From the IMG/VR virus record IMGVR_UViG_3300028591_000138, positions 36,722-100,721 of that record: 64,000 nucleotides of DNA; one strand, given 5' to 3'. Positions 1-10,551 of the stretch are shown here, piece by piece; positions within the stretch are counted from its first letter, which is position 1; each line of letters starts with the position of its first letter. The translations under genes were made by a program, and so were the position numbers. The notes under the pieces were generated by a model, which saw nothing but the letters and a program-made list of their open reading frames with translations, ran no database searches and was not told the DNA's origin. Source of the stretch: a virus. Taxonomy: Duplodnaviria; Caudoviricetes.

Positions 1-2121
1 TATGTAAAGGTTGCCCCTCAGAAAGATACCAACGTTCTGACCGAAGATTTCGACTATATCGGCGGTTTCAACAACCGTAAATCCTACGATTCCTATACCA
101 AGGCTTCTAATGCTTTGAACATGCAGCTTATCTCTGTCAACGAGGCTTGCAATTCAAAGAAAAACGTGTCTCAGTTCAAACTTAACGAAAGTGCCGAGTG
201 GCAGACACCTATGACCAAGGAAGCTCGCGCTGAACTCAACAGATTCTACCAGCTGTGCGAGAACGTGGACAAACTTCTTGACAAAAACATACATTATATT
301 AAAGAAAACAAGGATAACCCTTTCACCGACAAGCCTTCCACTAAGGATGGTGGCGGTTACAACACCACTCCAGGTACGGCGGTTAACCCGAAGATTTCCA
401 ACACCGATTTCGTTGAGGGCGGTGAGAAGAACGTTGAGAAAATGCGTTCACAATATCAGGATGGTAAAGGTGAATTCAGTAACAAGAACTACGGCTTCGG
501 TGACAGCAATGTTGACGAGGACGGTGGTGTTGCTTATCAGGAAAAACCTCACACCCCCGACATGAAGGAAGGTCGTGTTCGCCGCAGTGTTAAACTGTCA
601 GAGGAACAAGCTAAACAGGTTTTAGCTTGGAGAAACGACCGCGCTTTTGTTCACCAATCAAGTGACTCCGAACTCGACCGCTCGCACGGTACCGAGATTG
701 GAGATACCGCGCCTTACACGGACAATGTAAACGAGAATTTCGATACCACCGAGTGGGATGATGGTCTTCCCAACAATGCTGGCGTGGGCGATGCTAAGGA
801 TTACAAAGAGCCCTTCAAGAATCAGGAAGGTGTGCACCAGCCAATGACTGAACAGTATATCTTCGAGGTTGAAATGGATGATAACAGCCCAATGATGGAC
901 GGTGAGTTCAATAACCGCGGTCGTATGAGCGCTGAAATGTTCGGTGATGACCAGGATATAGCCGACTCAGCGAACCGTGTTATGGACGCTGGTATGAGTG
1001 GCAATGATGATGAATTCGATGACGCCATTTATAGTCATCTCGGCAAATATGGCGAGGGTTCTGACGCTCTTGGTGTTAACCTTGAAAACGACCCGACTCT
1101 GGAAGATATTCCTACTGACGAGGACGGTGCACTGAACGAAGGTACTGTGTTGAACGACTTCGGTAAACACCCCGCATACCGTAAACGCCCCATGACTCTG
1201 CCTCCTAACGCAGATGGTTCTAAATGGGGTGAGGACTGGAATGATGAGTCGGCTAAGGGTGAAGAACCTTATGGCAAGCAGATTGGACACAGCGGCGACC
1301 CTTTCACTGAAAAGGTGGATGCTATCACTAACGCTGTTGTTACCGCACTGTCTAAAAAAAAAAGACTGAATGAAAATACTTTCCTAAGTTTAGGAAATAA
1401 TACTCCCGCACCACAGCCTATGGATAACATGGGCGGTGGTGCTCCTGTTATGGGTAGTGACCCTAATATGATGGGTGGCGCTCCTATGGGTAACGACCCC
1501 AATATGATGGGTGGTGACCCAAATGCCATGGGTGGGGCTCCTATGGGCGACGACCCTAACATGATGGGCGGCGACCCGATGGCTGCTGGCAACGAAGGTT
1601 TTGATATGGGAATTGGTATGACTCCCGAGGAAGACCCAAGAAAATGGATTGAGGGCGCTGCCGCTAAACTAGCAAGTGAACTTAGAAAATATCAATCTGA
1701 ACAACCTGCACCAGACATGAGCCTGAATAAAACGGCTGTGAACACTGTTGCGGCGGCAACGAGAGATAATCTGCAGGGTGGTCAGCGTGATGAACTTATG
1801 AAGAGTTATGCAGACACAATGCGAAACGGCGACGAAAACGGTGAAGGCGGTGATAACGCTATGGCTGATAACGGTGGCGATGCTGGCGCTGATATGGGCG
1901 GCGACCCTAACGCCATGGGTAATGACCCGAATGCCATGGGCGGCGACCCTAACGCCATGGGTGGAGAACCTGCGTTAACCGAGGCGCGGGTAAATGCTCT
2001 GGTGAATGAGCTGGTGGGTGATTTGATTAAAACCAGAAAAAAGTCAAAACCAGCTGCAGAAGTTAAGCATCAAGATGACTCTACTTATGTTATGAAGCCT
2101 TATACTCGCAAGAACAAATAG
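1..2121 (+). CDS. Acidic low-complexity head/core (scaffold-like) protein, 5'-truncated by the window edge
   Basis: Frame 1 is open from base 1 (YVKVAPQKD...DFDYIGGF...). It has many L/V-x-E sites, an internal RRSVKLSEEQ motif, MGGDPN repeats and an in-frame A10 run at 1354-1363. Confidence 0.6.
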   Translation, partial: YVKVAPQKDTNVLTEDFDYIGGFNNRKSYDSYTKASNALNMQLISVNEACNSKKNVSQFKLNESAEWQTPMTKEARAELNRFYQLCENVDKLLDKNIHYIKENKDNPFTDKPSTKDGGGYNTTPGTAVNPKISNTDFVEGGEKNVEKMRSQYQDGKGEFSNKNYGFGDSNVDEDGGVAYQEKPHTPDMKEGRVRRSVKLSEEQAKQVLAWRNDRAFVHQSSDSELDRSHGTEIGDTAPYTDNVNENFDTTEWDDGLPNNAGVGDAKDYKEPFKNQEGVHQPMTEQYIFEVEMDDNSPMMDGEFNNRGRMSAEMFGDDQDIADSANRVMDAGMSGNDDEFDDAIYSHLGKYGEGSDALGVNLENDPTLEDIPTDEDGALNEGTVLNDFGKHPAYRKRPMTLPPNADGSKWGEDWNDESAKGEEPYGKQIGHSGDPFTEKVDAITNAVVTALSKKKRLNENTFLSLGNNTPAPQPMDNMGGGAPVMGSDPNMMGGAPMGNDPNMMGGDPNAMGGAPMGDDPNMMGGDPMAAGNEGFDMGIGMTPEEDPRKWIEGAAAKLASELRKYQSEQPAPDMSLNKTAVNTVAAATRDNLQGGQRDELMKSYADTMRNGDENGEGGDNAMADNGGDAGADMGGDPNAMGNDPNAMGGDPNAMGGEPALTEARVNALVNELVGDLIKTRKKSKPAAEVKHQDDSTYVMKPYTRKNK
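1429..1965 (+). repeat. Coding low-complexity repeats (MGGAPMGxDPN / MGGDPNA) in two blocks
   Basis: Repeated ATGGGCGGCGACCC / GACCCTAAC units at about 1430-1580 and 1890-1965. Confidence 0.8.
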
Positions 2122-2138
2122 CTGAGAGTTAACATCTA

Positions 2139-2183
2139 AAAATAAGCGAAGCTTAAACCAAAGGCTTCGCTTATTTGGTTTTT
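2139..2183 (+). terminator. Intrinsic terminator
   Basis: AAATAAGCGAAGC...GCTTCGCTTATTT stem after the stop codon. Confidence 0.7.
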
Positions 2184-2221
2184 GAAACTTAACTAGTTAG
2201 GTTATTTTTACAATTAATTGA

Positions 2222-2229
2222 TATTTATA
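2222..2229 (+). promoter_or_regulatory. Putative late promoter TATTTATA
   Basis: The same 8-mer recurs shortly upstream of many structural genes (5658, 6242, 8327, 11057, 13209, 17687, 19320, 39297, 40958, 55734, 61056). Confidence 0.6.
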
Positions 2230-2246
2230 TAAAAATACATACAACA

Positions 2247-2630
2247 ATGAGACGTGTTAAATTAAGTGAAAGCCAAAGGGACGAGATAGTAAAACGCATC
2301 CAGGAGATGATGAGTGAAAATCTCAACCCCAATAACAATATCACAATCAAAAAGACTGTCGAAACCGAGTCTGATAAAAACAATCCAATAAATACCCTGG
2401 CAAGCGTTGAACGCACAGCACGCGGGCTTGGTATCAACACCAACAATCCTGATATCAAGACCTCTGTGGTAGCAAAGATTGGCGGTCAGGACAAGGAGCT
2501 GACAGCATCATCGGATTCGAACAGTATCAGTGAGTCGGTTCTTATCACCAAACAGCAACTTATGGAAATGAAACTTAGAAACTTGAAAAAAGGTTCCAAA
2601 GTTATAAAAGTAAAAAACATCGTGAAATAA
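2247..2630 (+). CDS. Hypothetical protein with N-terminal RRVKLSESQ tag; putative internal head protein
   Basis: ORF with the shared tag motif and an upstream TATTTATA. Confidence 0.55.
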   Translation: MRRVKLSESQRDEIVKRIQEMMSENLNPNNNITIKKTVETESDKNNPINTLASVERTARGLGINTNNPDIKTSVVAKIGGQDKELTASSDSNSISESVLITKQQLMEMKLRNLKKGSKVIKVKNIVK

Positions 2631-3751
2631 TGCAACTTCCCGATTTCATACAAAAAGCGATAGCCAACAACACAACGTCACTTGGGAATCATCCAGCCTT
2701 CCCACCTGACGAAGAGGAATCTTTCATTTCATCTGTAATTAAACGTAGTTACTCTGAAGTGATGGAGAATCTTGGTGACTGTGCCGTTAATGAAGTCGGT
2801 GATAAGCTGTCCCAATTGGTGAAACAGTGTATGGAGATGGAGGAACCGTCCAGACAGGCTCTCGAAAAGCTTTGTATGGATGTGTGCACGGAGATTTTCG
2901 ATATTCCTGACGACACTGTGTCTATCAATCTACATTTGGTGAATGCCTGTGATATGTCGGCATATCGTATGGTTCCCTCCCCAACCAAGGATTTAACTTT
3001 CGACGATATTGAAGATATGCGGAATCTTTCGGACTGTATATACCAGCGCCGTATGGTCGATGCCTTGATAAGCGGGGCGGCGTTGTCTTTTGCCACTAAT
3101 CTTGAATATTACATCAAACAGGTTTATTCAATCAACCCGAAACTGATACCTTTGTATGAAGAAATCATAAAATACAACAACATTCTCCTTTTTAACCAAA
3201 GGGATAGTATCAGGGGTATGGAAAAGAACAATAGTGGCAAGGTGGATGTCAATGTACCGCCAAGCGGAAACCGTATCAGCATTAACGCTGAGGGTATCAT
3301 ATTCCCTGTATTGTTAGAGTACACCATTCGAGGAATCCTTGAAATGGCTAGCCTCAGAGGTCTGCCAGCTGACACCAAGCGCGCTGAATATATCATGTCA
3401 AAGGCTGATTACCGTTTAGCGGAAAACTGGGATATGCGGTTAGGATTGCCTTTGTGGAGATTGTTGGAAGAGAATTTTCAAGCGGCAGGCTACGATATAC
3501 AGAATGTCGGAGTCAATTTCATCATAATGGAAATCGCTTCATTGAAGCCTGACATATTTAACGTTTATCTCCAAAACTGTTTCAAAAAAACTAAAAAAGG
3601 GGTTGAGATGTCGAATGAACTTTGCAGTGTCATCGAGTACAACAAAGAACAGGACTCGTTCGACAATTTCATCAAGACACAGAACTCCAAAGCCCCAATC
3701 AACGACAACGCGGTATATACATCCGAAGAGTTGTTGTCTGAGGTTGAATAA
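2630..3751 (+). CDS. Hypothetical phage protein
   Basis: 373 aa ORF translationally coupled (TAATG) to the upstream gene and lying just before the terminase. Confidence 0.6.
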   Translation: MQLPDFIQKAIANNTTSLGNHPAFPPDEEESFISSVIKRSYSEVMENLGDCAVNEVGDKLSQLVKQCMEMEEPSRQALEKLCMDVCTEIFDIPDDTVSINLHLVNACDMSAYRMVPSPTKDLTFDDIEDMRNLSDCIYQRRMVDALISGAALSFATNLEYYIKQVYSINPKLIPLYEEIIKYNNILLFNQRDSIRGMEKNNSGKVDVNVPPSGNRISINAEGIIFPVLLEYTIRGILEMASLRGLPADTKRAEYIMSKADYRLAENWDMRLGLPLWRLLEENFQAAGYDIQNVGVNFIIMEIASLKPDIFNVYLQNCFKKTKKGVEMSNELCSVIEYNKEQDSFDNFIKTQNSKAPINDNAVYTSEELLSEVE

Positions 3752-3768
3752 TCCATCAATTCTATTTT

Positions 3769-5652
3769 ATGGCAATAAATTTAGCTGAAGAATACAAGAA
3801 ATGCTATCTAGACAAGACGAGAAAATACTTTATAGAAAACTACCTTTCAACATTTAACGCCGATATTGGAAGGGAGGTACCGTTTAAGGTATTCCCACGC
3901 CAATATGAATTCCTTAAGAGTTTATGTATCAACGATAACACCATTGCAATCAAACACCGTCAGGCTGGTATAACAACCATTTCGGCGGCTTGGGCAACTG
4001 GGCAGTGTGTATTCGCTAAAAAAGACGCACCCGAAACGATTCTGTGTATCGGCAACAAACTCGATATATCCGAACAGTTGCTTGAAAAGCTGGGGTATTT
4101 CATAGCCCAGGTTCCAAGATGGATGTGGGGCAGCGAGTTCTGGTCACCAGACCCGAACAGCGAGAAAAACACCAAAAGTATTTTCAAGTCACGTAACAAG
4201 GATAAAATCGAACTGTTTAACGGGTGTAAGATATATGCCCGTTCATCGGGACCGAATGCCGCTCGTGGTATCTCGGCTGTATCTATACTTATTTTCGACG
4301 AGGCTGCATTCATTGAGAACGGTCCCGCCGTTTATTCACAGGCTGTAGCTGCTACGGCATCGGTAAAGAACGCCAAAATTATAATGGTTTCAACACCGAA
4401 CGGTAAAGACCAACTGTACTATACAACTTACGCCCAGGCTCTCAGCGGTGATAACAACTATCATCCAGTGGAGTTCAAATGGTTCCAGGATTTACGTTAC
4501 CAACGCAACCTTAAATGGAGTAGGAAGAATGAACAGACGGGTGAGATTGAGTGGGATATTGACCCAGTTATAAACGCGGAGGGAGATATTATCTATAACG
4601 AGGAACGCTGGCGCCGTCTTGAAAGGGAAGGGTGGAAGCCTGAAAGCCCGTGGTATATCAAGATGTGCAAGTCGTTCAATAATGACGAGCAGAAAATTGC
4701 ACAGGAGTTGGATGTGTCGTTTCTCGGGTCGGCGGATAACGTTATACCAGTGGATGTCATTGAGGCTCATTTGAAACAGAACGTTATAGATGTAACAGCT
4801 GACGATAAATGGGATTTGTGGGACCCGCTCGTCAAGGAGACTTGGATATGGCAAGACCCGATTCCTGGTCACAGGTATGTGTGCGCCGTGGACGCTTCAT
4901 CTGGTGCCGCTGATGATAGAACTGCGATTGAAATTATCGACGTTGACGCTATTGACGAGTATGGTAAACCTTATTTCAATCAGGTTTTGGAATATTACGG
5001 CAAGCGTACTGGTGACGATATTGGCGAGATTGTTTACCACTACGCCACGGCATATAACAATGCCCTTGTGGTTGTAGAGTGTATCGGCGGCTATGGCGAC
5101 GCTGTAATCCTGACGTTGATGGCTAAGAAATATAAGAATATCTACTACGACGAACCAGGTCTTAAAACTTACACTGTACAGAAAGCATATTCCAAGTTCA
5201 ACCTTAAGGACGGCGACCAGCTTCCTGGTTTCAGAACCAACGCTGTTCGTGTTCAGATGATTGGTAATTTTGTAACCATGTTGAAAGAAAACGGTTTCCG
5301 TGTGAGAAGTAAACGTGTTATCAAGGAAATGGATACATGGATTTGGAAGAACGGTCGCCCAGACCATATGGACGGCTGTCACGATGACTCACTAACATGT
5401 CTGGCTATGGCGTTGTTTATTATTCAGTTCTATGTTATTAAGAATGACAAGGATAAGTCAATGGCTAAAACAATGCTTGTTTCGTTTAGGGTTAATAATA
5501 TGGGCAGAAACAACACCCAACAGAACTATGAATACAACAAACCCGTATCATCTGGAAGACCAATGCCTTTCTACACTAACAACAGTCAGGAAAGACAAAG
5601 ACAGAAAGAAATGAAAGCCCTTCTGATGCTGGCGGGCTTCGGAAAAAAATAG
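3769..5652 (+). CDS. terL: Terminase large subunit (T4 gp17-like)
   Basis: Walker A-like KHRQAGITT, Walker B ILIFDEAAF, coupling motif VSTPNG, RNase H-like AVDASSG and HDDSL. Confidence 0.95.
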   Translation: MAINLAEEYKKCYLDKTRKYFIENYLSTFNADIGREVPFKVFPRQYEFLKSLCINDNTIAIKHRQAGITTISAAWATGQCVFAKKDAPETILCIGNKLDISEQLLEKLGYFIAQVPRWMWGSEFWSPDPNSEKNTKSIFKSRNKDKIELFNGCKIYARSSGPNAARGISAVSILIFDEAAFIENGPAVYSQAVAATASVKNAKIIMVSTPNGKDQLYYTTYAQALSGDNNYHPVEFKWFQDLRYQRNLKWSRKNEQTGEIEWDIDPVINAEGDIIYNEERWRRLEREGWKPESPWYIKMCKSFNNDEQKIAQELDVSFLGSADNVIPVDVIEAHLKQNVIDVTADDKWDLWDPLVKETWIWQDPIPGHRYVCAVDASSGAADDRTAIEIIDVDAIDEYGKPYFNQVLEYYGKRTGDDIGEIVYHYATAYNNALVVVECIGGYGDAVILTLMAKKYKNIYYDEPGLKTYTVQKAYSKFNLKDGDQLPGFRTNAVRVQMIGNFVTMLKENGFRVRSKRVIKEMDTWIWKNGRPDHMDGCHDDSLTCLAMALFIIQFYVIKNDKDKSMAKTMLVSFRVNNMGRNNTQQNYEYNKPVSSGRPMPFYTNNSQERQRQKEMKALLMLAGFGKK

Positions 5653-5695
5653 GCGACTATTTATATAAAATAACAAACAAATCCTCTTTTGAAAA

Positions 5696-6157
5696 ATGAA
5701 GAAAACTATAAGACTCACGGAAAGTGAGCTGAAACAGTTGATTGTGAATGTTATCAACGAAACATATCAAACACCTAAAAGACGTGTCAATGAAGGTCTG
5801 ACCTATCATAAACTCGGTCAACTCTTGACTACTGGCAGTGACGAACATGACCTTGATGAAGGCGTTGAGGCTGTAGCTGGAGACGTGGCTAACAAGGTGG
5901 CGAGCGACGCCACTGGAAATGCATCTGGTAATTTCCTTGGTAGTGTGAGCGGTGACGTTATGCAGGGTGTCCAGTCTGGCGACATAAACATGGAAACAGC
6001 AAAGAAATTCATGAAATATATGAAGAACTACAATTTTATGAATCCCCTCGCCAATATCAAAAACTATGTGGAGTTTTTCAAGAGCTTGAACCCAACCGAG
6101 AGAAAATGTCTTATTGAGATTGCTCTTAAGTACGGTTTGAAGCTCCCTATCAAATAG
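5696..6157 (+). CDS. Hypothetical protein with N-terminal KKTIRLTESEL tag
   Basis: ORF with the tag and TATTTATA at 5658. Confidence 0.6.
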   Translation: MKKTIRLTESELKQLIVNVINETYQTPKRRVNEGLTYHKLGQLLTTGSDEHDLDEGVEAVAGDVANKVASDATGNASGNFLGSVSGDVMQGVQSGDINMETAKKFMKYMKNYNFMNPLANIKNYVEFFKSLNPTERKCLIEIALKYGLKLPIK

Positions 6158-6270
6158 TAACGGAGTTAATTGATTATATTTGAATTGAAAGCAAAGACGT
6201 TGATTCTTTGCTTTTTTTGTTTTTTAATCCGTTGTTAATTATATTTATATTAAATATATATTGCAATACC

Positions 6271-8322
6271 ATGCCAACAATTTTTCAAAGATTAAACAAG
6301 ACTTTCAGCGGCGGTGTCAGCGGGGCTACATCGGCAAGTTACACTCGCAATGTACACAATTACGCTGGATTAGGTCCTAACGACGTTATATACACCACTA
6401 GCAGTAAGGAAGAATACGAACAGAAGCTAACACAGCTGAAGCAACAGCGCATGCTGGCTAAACAATGGAAGCGTGCGAATTACGAAGTTCAGAATAACGC
6501 TCTCGCCAACATGACCGAGGTACAGATGATGTACCGAGAGGCTGACATGATGGACTTGTTTCCCGAAATCGGCGCAGCACTAGACACCTATATGGAAGAA
6601 GCAACTTACTGTAAAACAGATAGTAAGATGATACAAGTCACTTCAAAATCAGAACGTATTAAGTCGATTTTGGAGGATTTGATTTATAACAGACTCTCGT
6701 GCAACGTAGTATTTCCTATGGTAACGAGAAGTACTGTAAAATACGGCAACACCTATATGCTCCTTAACATCACAGGTGACAACGGTATCACTGGCTGGAA
6801 ACAACTGCCAGTGTATGAGATGCAGAGGTTTGAGAATGGCATGGAGAATCCTTATAGCGCTGGATTTGCCAATGTAAGCAATATCGATGTTGATAAGGAG
6901 GATTCAACTAAGTTTGTATGGGTTGGAAAGAACGAATATATCCCCTATAGAAACTGGCAGATTGCCCACTTCCGCCTGCTGTATGATTCATTATATTTGC
7001 CATATGGTGTGTCAGCCCTTAACAAAGCGCGCCGTCACTGGAGAATGCTTTCCATGATGGAAGACATGATGTTGATGTATCGACTGGAACGTTCGGTTGA
7101 GAGACGTGTATTCAAGGTTAATGTTGGTAATATCGATGAACAGGATGTACCTGCTTACATGGATGAGATAGCCAATAATTTCAAGAGAACCCCAGTGGTT
7201 GACCCGCTGACTGGTCAGTTGGATTTGAGGCGCGGCATCATGTCGCAGATGGACGATTTCTTCATCCCTGTCCGCGACCCAAGTGACCCTAACCCTATCG
7301 AGACTCTGCAGGCTGGTGACAATATCAAGGCTTTGGACGATATTAAATTTGTCCAGAATAAACTTTGCACCGCGCTTCGTGTTCCGAAGTCGTTCCTTAA
7401 CTTCGAGGAAGCCGCTGGTGACGGCAAGAATCTTTCAATGCTCGATGTGCGTTTTGCTAGAACTGTGAACAGGGTTCAACAGATGATGTTGATGGAGTTG
7501 AATAAAGTGTGTATCATTCACCTTTATTTACTTGGGTTCAGCGATGAACTCACTAATTTCCAACTGTCAATGAACAATGCTTCATCCCAAGCTGAAATGC
7601 TTGAGCTTGACAACTTGTCCAAAAAGATTGAGATGGCGAAGAGTGCTGTTGCCGACCCAGGCGGCGGACTGCCAATCATGTCTGTCACTAGAGCATGTAA
7701 ACAAATTCTGGGGTGGAGCAACAAGGAAATCAGCGACAATCTGGAGGAACTCAGACTTGAAAAAGCTCTGGCAACGGAACTTGAACAGACGGCTGCCATT
7801 ATTAAGAAAACAGGTTTGTTTGATAAAGTAGACAACCTCTACGGCGAGCCTGGTGCTGACTACGGTAACAATGCTGGTGGGCAGGGTCAAGAGGGTGGCG
7901 ATGCTGGTGGAGCACCTGGTGGTGGAGCACCTCCCATGGGTGACGATATGGAGGGCGGTGATATGAGTGGTGCCGATGGAAGCATGGATATGGGCGATGT
8001 GGCTGCTATGGAAGGCGGTGACGCTGGCGGTGACGCTGGCGGTGACGCGGCGCCTTTAGCCGAGGCTTTGTTCAGAAACCGCTTATTTAAGAAAACGTTG
8101 ACTGAACAACGTAAATACGCACAGGCACTTGCTGAGCATAACAAACGTGAAACTTTGGAGACTGAACATACAGTACCTATCTATGAGAAGAATTTTCTGG
8201 TCAACGAGGAACTGAACTCCATCTCGAACCAACTCCAGAGTATTATCGACAGTGGCGCTGAGGAAATTGGAAAACCTCGGAAGATTGCCTTGACTGAAAT
8301 GACCGAGCCAAAAAACGAGTAA
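6271..8322 (+). CDS. Portal protein (T4 gp20-like)
   Basis: gp20-like motifs (YREADMMD..PEIGAALD; LSMMEDMMLMYRLERSVERRVFKVNVGN; DDFFIPVR; LRVPKSFL). Start placed at ATG 6271 after the promoter at 6242. Confidence 0.93.
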   Translation: MPTIFQRLNKTFSGGVSGATSASYTRNVHNYAGLGPNDVIYTTSSKEEYEQKLTQLKQQRMLAKQWKRANYEVQNNALANMTEVQMMYREADMMDLFPEIGAALDTYMEEATYCKTDSKMIQVTSKSERIKSILEDLIYNRLSCNVVFPMVTRSTVKYGNTYMLLNITGDNGITGWKQLPVYEMQRFENGMENPYSAGFANVSNIDVDKEDSTKFVWVGKNEYIPYRNWQIAHFRLLYDSLYLPYGVSALNKARRHWRMLSMMEDMMLMYRLERSVERRVFKVNVGNIDEQDVPAYMDEIANNFKRTPVVDPLTGQLDLRRGIMSQMDDFFIPVRDPSDPNPIETLQAGDNIKALDDIKFVQNKLCTALRVPKSFLNFEEAAGDGKNLSMLDVRFARTVNRVQQMMLMELNKVCIIHLYLLGFSDELTNFQLSMNNASSQAEMLELDNLSKKIEMAKSAVADPGGGLPIMSVTRACKQILGWSNKEISDNLEELRLEKALATELEQTAAIIKKTGLFDKVDNLYGEPGADYGNNAGGQGQEGGDAGGAPGGGAPPMGDDMEGGDMSGADGSMDMGDVAAMEGGDAGGDAGGDAAPLAEALFRNRLFKKTLTEQRKYAQALAEHNKRETLETEHTVPIYEKNFLVNEELNSISNQLQSIIDSGAEEIGKPRKIALTEMTEPKNE

Positions 8323-8353
8323 CAACTATTTATAATTAAAATACATATATGTC

Positions 8354-9289
8354 ATGAACAATAAGATAAACCAAAACATAGACAAGGGTGTCGAGCTGCT
8401 GAACGAAGCTCTGAACCAATACGAGGCAGGAAATAACACCACAGCGTACAAAATATACCAAGAAGCTGGCAAATACCTGACAGAAGCCGACACAAAACTC
8501 AACAGCGAGGATGGTAAAGTTTCCATGCTCTACGGGGATAACCGTAACTTCGGTGTTGCTTATAAAGTTTTCGAGTCAAACACCAAGAGCCTGTTGAAAA
8601 ACAAGGAAGGTCAGGCGAGGTTAAAGACAATCATGAAACTCATTAAAGAGAATGCTGTTTTGAAAAGTGAGTTCGATATTTACAACGTCTTCACCAACCC
8701 AGTGAACGTGGCAAACGTCCAGGAATATGTAAACGAAGCCGTGGCTCTCATCAAGCAAATTCCCGCTAAGGAACTGCGCGAAAATAATGAAAAACTGGTA
8801 AATCTTTTCAAAGAGTGCGAACTTAATGAGAATATTACCATGACCGAGGATGAGACCGTACTCTATGAGGCGATTGAGTATATGATTCTTAATAAAAAGA
8901 ATTTTCAGAACATTAACAAATACAACAAGATACAAAAACAACTTTGTGAATATGTATCTGAAAACAATAGTCTTGTCACAGAAGGGGTTAACCTTGACAC
9001 CATATACAAGGAAAAGGTCGATGAGATGGTTGATAAACATAGCAAGGAACTGAACGAAGATGAAGTGAAACTCATACGCGATATGAGCGACCCCCAGAAA
9101 GCTAAGAAACTTTTCCACGAATATAAAACCAGTGTCACAGCTCTAGTGAAGGAACAAATTGAAAAGGGTGCCGACACCGAGGCTTGGAACTCCATACTGG
9201 AAAAAATAAACAACAAAGTGTACGAGGAAAAGACAGCCCTTACCGATATAGCCGAACTTATCGAGATTAAAAACGAGATAGAAGATTAA
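8354..9289 (+). CDS. Hypothetical helical head-module protein
   Basis: 311 aa ORF after the portal with its own TATTTATA. Confidence 0.6.
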   Translation: MNNKINQNIDKGVELLNEALNQYEAGNNTTAYKIYQEAGKYLTEADTKLNSEDGKVSMLYGDNRNFGVAYKVFESNTKSLLKNKEGQARLKTIMKLIKENAVLKSEFDIYNVFTNPVNVANVQEYVNEAVALIKQIPAKELRENNEKLVNLFKECELNENITMTEDETVLYEAIEYMILNKKNFQNINKYNKIQKQLCEYVSENNSLVTEGVNLDTIYKEKVDEMVDKHSKELNEDEVKLIRDMSDPQKAKKLFHEYKTSVTALVKEQIEKGADTEAWNSILEKINNKVYEEKTALTDIAELIEIKNEIED

Positions 9290-9389
9290 TGCTATTAGAA
9301 TTCCAAGCGGAAAACATTGGAAACTAGTCAGGTTTCCAGTGTTTTTCTTTTTTCAATATATTTATTATTGTAAAAACATTTTTTGGTGT

Positions 9390-10412
9390 ATGAAAAAACA
9401 AGTAACATTAACTGAATCGGAATTACAATCGATTATATTGGAGGCTATACAGGAGAACTGGTGGCAGCGTAATATGCGTGGCACGGTGGGTAGAACCAAC
9501 GCACAAATACAGGATGCTTTGAAACGTCTGCAGCAATCTGACCAACTCATCATGCAGTTCAGACAGGAAATGCAGCAAGCCCAGTCTCAGCCAAACGCAA
9601 TAGAACAACATAACCAAGGTGTCGCTCAGAGACAACAGCAGATGTTCGGACAGCAACAGGGGCAACAGCAAGGTCAACAGGGACAACCTCAGACTCAACA
9701 GCCACAGCAGATATACCAGCAACCTCAACCACAACAGCAAACTTACAAACAGGGTATGAATGAGGATGCTAACACCACTGCCAGGACATTGGGCGGCGCA
9801 GCGATTGGCACCGCGATATTACCTGGCGTGGGTACGGCTATTGGTGCTGGCATTGGCGCTGGTAGCGCTCTAATAAAGAATTGTCTTATGATGAAGGGTC
9901 CTTTTGCTACCTTGTCGAAAGCTTTTCAATTAAGAGCCCAGGCTTATAATTTCTTGGCACGCGCGGCTTCCAACGGTCAGGATGTTTCAGCTGTCAAAGA
10001 TACGCTTCTAAACTTTGATGCACAGAAAGCTGTGGGACAGCGGCAAAACCAAAATGGGCAGCAGCAAGGACAACAACAGGGTCAACAGCAAGGTCAGCAA
10101 GGGAACAACAGTCAAGCGACGGCAACCAACTGGAAGCAGGCTGAGGCTGAGATAAACCAGGTTGTTAAGGGCAACTTTGCCAACTGGCCTCAGAAATGTA
10201 AACAGGCTGGCTGGTCAGACCAAAAAATAGCAGCTTACAGACAAATGGCAAATAACCCCCAGCAAAATGCCGCTGGCGTGAACTCGATGAAAAACTATCG
10301 TCAACAGCAGGGTCAAAAACAACAAACCCAAGCTCAGCCGCAGCAGGGACAGCCACAACAGCAACAGGTACAGGAATCCTTCAGTCGCATCCTTAAGAAG
10401 CTGACAAACTAA
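9390..10412 (+). CDS. Gln-rich protein with KKQVTLTESEL tag and glycine zipper
   Basis: Start at ATG 9390. PolyQ tracts flank LGGAAIGTAILPGVGTAIGAGIGAGSALI. Confidence 0.65.
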   Translation: MKKQVTLTESELQSIILEAIQENWWQRNMRGTVGRTNAQIQDALKRLQQSDQLIMQFRQEMQQAQSQPNAIEQHNQGVAQRQQQMFGQQQGQQQGQQGQPQTQQPQQIYQQPQPQQQTYKQGMNEDANTTARTLGGAAIGTAILPGVGTAIGAGIGAGSALIKNCLMMKGPFATLSKAFQLRAQAYNFLARAASNGQDVSAVKDTLLNFDAQKAVGQRQNQNGQQQGQQQGQQQGQQGNNSQATATNWKQAEAEINQVVKGNFANWPQKCKQAGWSDQKIAAYRQMANNPQQNAAGVNSMKNYRQQQGQKQQTQAQPQQGQPQQQQVQESFSRILKKLTN

Positions 10413-10435
10413 ATAAACTGACTTTACGCAATCCA

Positions 10436-10475
10436 AGCGAATCTGAAAAAATTTTTTCAGGTTCGCTTATTTTTT
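10436..10475 (+). terminator. Intrinsic terminator
   Basis: AAGCGAATCTGAAAAA/TTTTTCAGGTTCGCTT stem followed by a T run. Confidence 0.65.
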
Positions 10476-10551
10476 GAATATAACATAACAAAATTTTCGT
10501 ATATTAATAGTGTGCGCGTGCACGTGAATAATATATTATACACCATGATTT

